A DNA stretch of 50,390 nucleotides. Origin: a virus (taxonomy: Duplodnaviria > Caudoviricetes). The translations under genes and the position numbers were made by a program. The notes below the pieces were generated by a model. It worked only from the letters and a program-made list of their open reading frames with translations, had not been told where the DNA came from and did not search any database. Each line of letters begins with the position of its first letter. Position 1 is the first letter of the stretch. Where the stretch lies: positions 1 through 50,390 of IMG/VR virus record IMGVR_UViG_3300020215_000876; one strand, 5' to 3'. Of the stretch, positions 44,211-50,390 are shown in pieces.

Positions 44211-44846
44211 ATGGCTGGAGTTTCCCGAACGATGGCGCTGAATGGGACGGTGCGTGCGCAGCGGCGACGCTGCACCAAGGCGCCGCTGGCGTGGCGCGTG
44301 AAGAACTTCGTCGCCAACCGGTTGCCCGATTATCCGAGACTGGCGGCCGCGCTCTTTGCACGCGCGATGGGCGTGCCGGTGGTGCTCTCTGTGTTGCGCG
44401 CACGTGTGCGAACCGCCGCCGGGGAGTGGATCGATTACGGCATCGTATCGACGCGAGTCGTCACGACGGCTGGCGTGGGTTTCCTGGTCGACGCATGGCA
44501 GAACAGCGTCGAACTCGAAAACATGAAGTATCACGCCGTCGGCACGGGCACTAATGCCGAAGCCGCAGGCGATACGGCGCTGCAGACGGAAAGCACCACG
44601 ATCCTGAATCCAGATTCGACGCGCGCCACCGGGACCACCACGGAAGGCGCAACGGGGAACATCTTCCGTTCCGTCGGGACGGTGACCTTCGATGGATCCG
44701 GCGCGATTACCGAACACGGGTTGATGTCGCAAGCGGCGACCGGCGGCGGTGTGCTGTGGGATCGCTCGGTCTTCAGCCCCATAAACGTGGTGAATGGGGA
44801 CTCGATTCAATTCACGTACGACGTGACGTTTACCGCGGGCAGCTAA
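44211..44846 (+). CDS. Tail/baseplate structural protein
   Basis: VVTTAG...AVGTG...DTALQTE...ITEHGL...GDSIQFTY; AGGAG SD. Confidence 0.75.
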   Translation: MAGVSRTMALNGTVRAQRRRCTKAPLAWRVKNFVANRLPDYPRLAAALFARAMGVPVVLSVLRARVRTAAGEWIDYGIVSTRVVTTAGVGFLVDAWQNSVELENMKYHAVGTGTNAEAAGDTALQTESTTILNPDSTRATGTTTEGATGNIFRSVGTVTFDGSGAITEHGLMSQAATGGGVLWDRSVFSPINVVNGDSIQFTYDVTFTAGS

Positions 44847-44852
44847 CCGGTC

Positions 44853-45707
44853 ATGTTCGACGCCCACAAGAACTTCGCCTATTCGACCGTCGCGACGGCA
44901 CCGACGCCTCCCAACTCGGGCACGTCGCTGGACGTACAGGCTGGGCACGGGACGCGCTTTCCGGCCACACCGTTTAATGCAACGGTATGGCCGGCGAACA
45001 CCATTCCTGATCCCAGCAACGCCGAGATTGTGCGTGTGACAGGGATCACCGCAGACGCGTTCGCGATCGTGCGGCAAACCGAGAGTTCTGGAGCTCGGTC
45101 GATCCAGGTCGGCGATCAGATTGCTGCGTCCATCACGAACAAGGTCATCACGGACATTGAGGCAGGAATTAACTTTCCGAACCTCCAGTCGGCTGGGTAC
45201 GTCAAGGCCGCCGGCGCGATCGGGTTGACCTCAGGTCAGAAGATTTATCTCGACGGCGTGGGGCTGTCTGGCGATACCTATCTTTACGAGAGCGCGGCGA
45301 ACGTATATTCGGTCGTCGTTGGTGGAACTGAGCGCTTCAAGATCGACGGCAATGGCATCGTGCATTTGCTGGGCCGCGAACGCTTGGTGGTGGCGTCTGA
45401 CATCAATCTGAGCGCAGACGCGAACAACTACAACCCCACTGGATTCTCCAACTGTAATTTCTTGCTCGTGACGCCGACCGGCGCCGATCGCAGCATTACC
45501 GGTATGGCGGCGGGTGCGGACGGCGACGTCGTCTATCTGTCGAACCAGTCGACGACACGCAGCTTGACCCTTGTTTACGAGAGCAGCTCGTCGACCAGCG
45601 TCAATCGGTTCACGACGCCAGGCAGCACCAACGCCGTCCTCACTCCATTGAAGACAGCGATGCTCTATTACGGAGCAAACCGGTGGAACGTCGCCGTTTT
45701 CTCATAA
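44853..45707 (+). CDS. Tail fibre/virion structural protein
   Basis: Thr/Gly beta-rich; AEIVRVT and GTERFKIDGNG motifs. Confidence 0.7.
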   Translation: MFDAHKNFAYSTVATAPTPPNSGTSLDVQAGHGTRFPATPFNATVWPANTIPDPSNAEIVRVTGITADAFAIVRQTESSGARSIQVGDQIAASITNKVITDIEAGINFPNLQSAGYVKAAGAIGLTSGQKIYLDGVGLSGDTYLYESAANVYSVVVGGTERFKIDGNGIVHLLGRERLVVASDINLSADANNYNPTGFSNCNFLLVTPTGADRSITGMAAGADGDVVYLSNQSTTRSLTLVYESSSSTSVNRFTTPGSTNAVLTPLKTAMLYYGANRWNVAVFS

Positions 45708-45729
45708 ACCTTGCGAGGAGAAAGCCTTT

Positions 45730-46017
45730 ATGCGTATCACGCAATTAGCAGACGGCGCGTTCCACTTGTTGTTGACCGACGCCGAACACGCCACGCTGGC
45801 ACGTGCGGCAGAACTCAGTTCGCGCGGCGAGTCGCCACTGCAACTGCTTCACGATCAGGTGGATGGCTACTTGGTGAATCAACGGACCAGGCAGGCCCAG
45901 ATGGACGCGAGTGAACGCGCTCGGCTTGATGACGCGCTATCCAGCGCGGACAGAAAAGCCATTGCCGAGATCTACAACAGAGCGCGTATAGCCAAAGACC
46001 TCGCCGCGAAGGGCTGA
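45730..46017 (+). CDS. Hypothetical protein, possible fibre chaperone
   Basis: GAGGAG SD; helical. Confidence 0.6.
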   Translation: MRITQLADGAFHLLLTDAEHATLARAAELSSRGESPLQLLHDQVDGYLVNQRTRQAQMDASERARLDDALSSADRKAIAEIYNRARIAKDLAAKG

Positions 46018-46044
46018 CGGTCACCCTTCGGAATTATCACGACG

Positions 46045-49000
46045 ATGTTTGGGCATTACGCACCCGGGCAGGGCTACTTCGGTAAAGGTGGTCAGGACTT
46101 CAATGGGCTCACGAAAAGCCTTACTGGAGCCGTGGCGTCCGCCGGTGCCTTTGCGTCGAGAACGATCGGGCGGATGCTCACGAGCGCCGTGATGCCAACA
46201 AGCACCTGGGTTCGCCAGGTCACGCGCGCGATCGGGAGGTCGCTCGCCTCTGGCATCGGCAATTGCGGTAAGCGCGTCCAACGCGGCTTGGTTGGGACCG
46301 TCACGGCCAGCGGTGTGCTGGATCTGCTGAAAGTCCGACTTGTCGCACTATCCGGATCTGTGGCGTCGGCCGGCGCGCTGGCGCGCGTGTGCTTTCGCCG
46401 ATTAACAGGCGCCGTCAACCCGACGGGGTCGATAACGAGGCGCATCGCCAGACTGCTGGCTGGTCTGCTGACGCCGAACGGGTTCCTTGCACAACGTCAC
46501 CGCGGCGAAACCACCGTCACCGTTGCGCTCGGAGGCACCGATCGGACCAGCAACATTCGGCTCGGTTCGCTGGAGGTGGAAGACGTCCTGAACGACGCGC
46601 CGAACCGATGCACCTTCACGTGTGTCGGCTACATGCCGACGGAAGGCGAGGTGGTGCAGGTGCTTCGCGGTCCAACCGCGGAGCGGGAATTTGCCGGCCA
46701 CGTGATGAGCGTGCAGCAGTTCTATGAGGGCATCCTGGCCAACGTTGCCTACCACGTGACGTGCCAAGACTACACGTGGAAGCTCAATCGGCGTCGGGTG
46801 ACCAAGCGTTGGGTTAATACCAGCGCCAGCACGATAGCCCAACAGATCATCAGTGGATTCACGTCCGGGATCACCTCGAACAACGTCGTGCTCGGACTGG
46901 CGACTGTGCCGGAGTTCCGATGCGATAACGAGTTGCCGAGCCGCGCCTTGCAGCGGCTATGCGCAGAGATCGGCGGCAACTTCTACATCGACTATGCGCT
47001 CGACCTGCACTTTTTCTTAACGGAGACCTCCGAGGCCCCGAACGACATCTCCGACGCGACGTTGGCCACGACCACGGCACGCGGGTTGGCACATACCGGT
47101 GACGTGTCTCAAGTCCGCACACGGATGCGCGGCATCGGCCATGGGACGTCGGCGCTCGAGCACATCTCAAGCACCGATACATCGATCCCAGTTGAGAGCG
47201 CCGAGATGTTCGAGTCGAACGGCGGATCACTGAAGAACACGGAAAACGAGGGCGCCTATACGGGGCGTCACCTCGGCGGCGTCGCGTCGACGGTTCTGGG
47301 CAACGTCGCCGGCCCGGCAAGCGCGCCCTCAGCGAATGTCGCATCGGGCGTGGTCGGCGTGTTGGCCGGAATCTTCAAATACAAAATTGCCTTCGCGAAT
47401 GCGCAGGGCGAAACGACTCCGGGGCCTGAGTCCGGATCTGTGACTGGAACCGCCTTCGCGCCTCCGACGAATGCCAACGTGGCCGCGAGTGGCGCGATCG
47501 GTCCGTTGGTCGGCGCCTATCTCTACGTCACAACGTATGTGACGTCCCTCGGAGAGACGACGGCGGGCGCATCGTTTGGCCGGACGGCGACAGCCGTCGC
47601 CGCGCCAGGTGCGCCGTCTTTAGCCGCCGCCGGCACGATCGGACGACTCATCGGGAACTATGGCTACCGCGTCGCCTTCAAGACGCCGTTCGGTATTACA
47701 GAGGGCGGCAGCATCGCCACGCGCACGGCGTCAGGCACCGCGGCTGGGTCGACGCCGTCCGCATCAGCCATCTCCAACACGCTCGGTAACTTAGTCGGCG
47801 CTTACAGCTACCGGGTCACTTTTGGATCGCCGTTTGGTGAATCGGCACCGACGAGCGCTGGTGGCCGCACCGCCTCGACGCCAGGCGGTCCTGGCGCCCC
47901 AACCTGCACAGCGACGGCCATCGGTCCATTGAAAGGCACCTATCACTACAAAGTAGGTTTCGTCGATGACGAAGGCCGCGAGATTCTCGGCGGGTCTGCG
48001 ACGTCGTACACCCATAACGGTTCGCAAGCGGCGACGCCGAGTGTCGGCAGCACCGGGGGCGCGACAGGACTCAACATTCGCATTCGCGTGTGCTGGATTC
48101 ACCCCATCTATGGTGAATCGAGTTGGTCAGACGCCGCTGAACTGACCAATCACGGAGCGAACGTCAACATTACCGCGAACGCACTGCCGTCCGGTTGCAC
48201 GTGGCAGGTGTTCTCGACTGGCAGCTTCTCGGGCGCATATGCCGGCCAGCCGTACTTTCGAATGCCGACCGTCTACACGGCCAGCAGCGGCGCGTTGGAC
48301 ACGGTCAGCGGTGCCGTTGCGACGTCAGCAGCCGGCACGATGGGCGGCAACTGCTCGATCTCTGGGATCTCGACCGGCCCCAACGGCACGGACTCCCGGC
48401 GCGTGTACAGAACGCGAGTAGGTGCGGGGAGCGGTGGGGCGTATTACCTGGTTGGCCAGATCAACGACAACAGCACAACGACTTTCAACGATGTCGTGCC
48501 AGACCAGGCGTTGCAGTCCGGACCGCTGTACGCGCAACCAGGGGAACAGCACACGGTGACCGTCCCGACTGGGCCGACTGGGACGACGAGGCGCTACGTA
48601 TATAGAACCGAAGCTGGCGGGTCGGCGCACTACCTGTTGCGCACGCTCGAGGACAACGTCACGACCTCGTTTACGGACAACGCGAAGGACGTAGAGCTCG
48701 ACAAGTCCCGCCAGCCCTCCGCTTCGGCGACGTCTGGTGAACAAATCAGCCTGACGAACATTCCGACGGGACCGTCCGGCACCATCAGCCGTTTGATCTA
48801 CCGCACGGAAGCGGGTGGATCTGTTTACAGGTTGCTGATCGAAATCGCGGACAACAGTACGACGTCGTATACCGACAACAAGGCGGACACCGAGCTCGGC
48901 GCAGAGACAGCCCGGGGCACGTCCACCGCCGGCGGTCAGGCGCACAGCCTCACCTCGATTCCCGTCGGGCCTACTGGCACGCTGGCTCGTCGTATCTACA

Positions 49001-50175
49001 GGACGGTCGCTGGCGGCACCTCGTATCAGTTTGTTGGCGAGCTGACGGACAACGTCTCGACCACCTTTACCGACGCGGTGGCGGATTCCGCATTGGGCCA
49101 CTACATCCCACTGACCAATACCGCCGGCGCGAACAAGATCGCGTTGACGTCGATTCCGACCGGTGGTGCGGGCGTCACGAAGCGGATCATCTATCGCACT
49201 GAGGCCGGTGGGAGCGTCTTCCGATACGTCGCCACGCTCGATGACAACAGCGCGACGACGTACACGGACAACACGCCCGACACGAGCCTCGGGCGAGAGG
49301 CGCTGACGCAGAGCACGATCGGTGCGATCACCGGAGACACGAGTCTCTTGCTGAGCAGCGTCACCGGCTGGCCGACGGTCGGGTGGTTGAAGGCCGGCAG
49401 CTTATTAGTTCGGTGGAACGGCATCAGTGGCACCACGCTGACCGGTATCCCTGGCGGCCAGGACTCAACGATCACCCGTAGCGGAACGACCGCGACGGTG
49501 ACCACGACGGGCAGCCACGGTTTCGCCACGAACGACGTGGTCACAATCCAAGGCGCAGAACAGTCCGAATATAACGGCTCGCACAAGATCACGGTGACTG
49601 GCTCGACGACGTTCACCTACACGATCGCAGGGTCACCGGCCACGCCCGCGACGGGGACCATTAAGGTCTACGCCGTTGGAGCCATTCTGGCGCCCATCCA
49701 AGGCGGCTCTGGTGTTGTCACGGCGCCGTTCCTGTCGGGTGTTTCGGGTCTGACCTATCCCGTCGACAAAGGCGGGCCGGTGCGCATCATGGTCGTCCGC
49801 AACGATTCGGCCGCGCAGGCCGCGCTGGCGGCTGTCGAAGGCGGCGACGGCGTGCACGAAGAACTCCTTGACGAACCGTCGATCGAAACTGTCGCGCAGC
49901 TGACGGCCGCCTGCGACGCGGAACTGGCGGCGTACAGCAGGAAACTTCGGACGATTACGTTCCGCTCGAGAGATCCAAAACTTCGCAGTGGAAAGACGGT
50001 GACGTTGAATCTTGGTGCCCCGACGAACATTTCAGGATCGTTCCTGATTCAGCGCGTGATCAGCACCGAGTTTGATACCGCGCCGTATCTCAATCCGATG
50101 CGCGAAGTGATTGCGGCGCCGGTACGCCTCTCATTCGAAACGGTATTGCGCCGATCGCGCGAGTCGGTGATGTAG
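46045..50175 (+). CDS. Large tail tip/hub protein with nested split beta-domain repeats
   Basis: Hub-like segment (CQDYTWKL...FYIDYALDLHFF) and C-terminal LRSGKTVTL, with six A-type and six B-type half-repeats between them. Confidence 0.85.
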   Translation: MFGHYAPGQGYFGKGGQDFNGLTKSLTGAVASAGAFASRTIGRMLTSAVMPTSTWVRQVTRAIGRSLASGIGNCGKRVQRGLVGTVTASGVLDLLKVRLVALSGSVASAGALARVCFRRLTGAVNPTGSITRRIARLLAGLLTPNGFLAQRHRGETTVTVALGGTDRTSNIRLGSLEVEDVLNDAPNRCTFTCVGYMPTEGEVVQVLRGPTAEREFAGHVMSVQQFYEGILANVAYHVTCQDYTWKLNRRRVTKRWVNTSASTIAQQIISGFTSGITSNNVVLGLATVPEFRCDNELPSRALQRLCAEIGGNFYIDYALDLHFFLTETSEAPNDISDATLATTTARGLAHTGDVSQVRTRMRGIGHGTSALEHISSTDTSIPVESAEMFESNGGSLKNTENEGAYTGRHLGGVASTVLGNVAGPASAPSANVASGVVGVLAGIFKYKIAFANAQGETTPGPESGSVTGTAFAPPTNANVAASGAIGPLVGAYLYVTTYVTSLGETTAGASFGRTATAVAAPGAPSLAAAGTIGRLIGNYGYRVAFKTPFGITEGGSIATRTASGTAAGSTPSASAISNTLGNLVGAYSYRVTFGSPFGESAPTSAGGRTASTPGGPGAPTCTATAIGPLKGTYHYKVGFVDDEGREILGGSATSYTHNGSQAATPSVGSTGGATGLNIRIRVCWIHPIYGESSWSDAAELTNHGANVNITANALPSGCTWQVFSTGSFSGAYAGQPYFRMPTVYTASSGALDTVSGAVATSAAGTMGGNCSISGISTGPNGTDSRRVYRTRVGAGSGGAYYLVGQINDNSTTTFNDVVPDQALQSGPLYAQPGEQHTVTVPTGPTGTTRRYVYRTEAGGSAHYLLRTLEDNVTTSFTDNAKDVELDKSRQPSASATSGEQISLTNIPTGPSGTISRLIYRTEAGGSVYRLLIEIADNSTTSYTDNKADTELGAETARGTSTAGGQAHSLTSIPVGPTGTLARRIYRTVAGGTSYQFVGELTDNVSTTFTDAVADSALGHYIPLTNTAGANKIALTSIPTGGAGVTKRIIYRTEAGGSVFRYVATLDDNSATTYTDNTPDTSLGREALTQSTIGAITGDTSLLLSSVTGWPTVGWLKAGSLLVRWNGISGTTLTGIPGGQDSTITRSGTTATVTTTGSHGFATNDVVTIQGAEQSEYNGSHKITVTGSTTFTYTIAGSPATPATGTIKVYAVGAILAPIQGGSGVVTAPFLSGVSGLTYPVDKGGPVRIMVVRNDSAAQAALAAVEGGDGVHEELLDEPSIETVAQLTAACDAELAAYSRKLRTITFRSRDPKLRSGKTVTLNLGAPTNISGSFLIQRVISTEFDTAPYLNPMREVIAAPVRLSFETVLRRSRESVM

Positions 50176-50180
50176 CGGCC

Positions 50181-50390
50181 ATGGATTACCCAGCCATTAT
50201 TCAAGCGGTCGTCGCCAGTGGCGCGATCAGTGCCGTCGTCGGCGCCATTCCGGCTGTGCGATCAGTCCGTAAGGGTCTTCGCACGCTCGAGGAGCTGGCG
50301 ACGATGACACGTCGCATCGACGCCTATCTGCGCGCGTCAACCGACTTGGATGAGCGGCCGATCTTCCGCACGAACAAAGTTGGCCACGTC
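50181..50390 (+). CDS. Membrane protein, possible holin (partial)
   Basis: MDYPAIIQAVVASGAISAVVGAIP hydrophobic N-terminus; runs off the window edge. Confidence 0.5.
   Translation, partial: MDYPAIIQAVVASGAISAVVGAIPAVRSVRKGLRTLEELATMTRRIDAYLRASTDLDERPIFRTNKVGHV

Larger units (their letters stand above)
1139..50390. mobile_element. Temperate siphovirus prophage with HK97-type head, integrated in tRNA-Glu; right end lies outside the window
   Basis: Integrase overlapping the tRNA, CI/Cro switch, and replication, packaging, head and tail modules in lambdoid order. The left boundary is approximate and lies within the tRNA. Confidence 0.95.

Noticed and set aside
43470-45077. 535-aa - strand ORF
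   Set aside because: Antisense to the tape measure and tail genes; shadow frame.
44211-50390. Diversity-generating retroelement or invertible tail cassette
   Set aside because: No reverse transcriptase, invertase or near-identical TR/VR DNA pair in the window; the tail repeats are diverged at the DNA level.

Overview
Positions 1-1099 are GC-rich host DNA encoding an ECF sigma factor and a small secreted protein. A tRNA-Glu(UUC) at 1100-1175 is the integration site of a temperate HK97-head siphovirus prophage, which fills the rest of the window and runs past the right edge, so attR and the lysin are not visible. Gene order: large serine integrase whose C-terminus is encoded antisense inside the tRNA; leftward accessory genes; a DUF5131/TcmP pair; a CI/Cro switch with four operators; Bet-like recombination genes; a 0.5 kb cluster of structured non-coding RNA candidates; replication genes and RusA; three DNA methyltransferases, one apparently split across two overlapping frames; a mosaic of small genes with repeated junctions; reverse-strand morons; a HerA-like ATPase; then HNH, terminase, portal, S49 protease, capsid, neck, tail and a probable holin. 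The most striking observation is a 1376-aa tail protein in which six N-terminal halves of a roughly 113-aa beta-rich module are followed by six C-terminal halves. This suggests a nested, out-and-back domain architecture, and one intact copy of the module is inserted in the head-tail connector. Other notable signals are the tRNA-like RNA inside a 28-bp stem and a 14-bp element that reads as a Shine-Dalgarno site on one strand and a -10 box on the other. All calls come from reading motifs by eye; no database searches were run.
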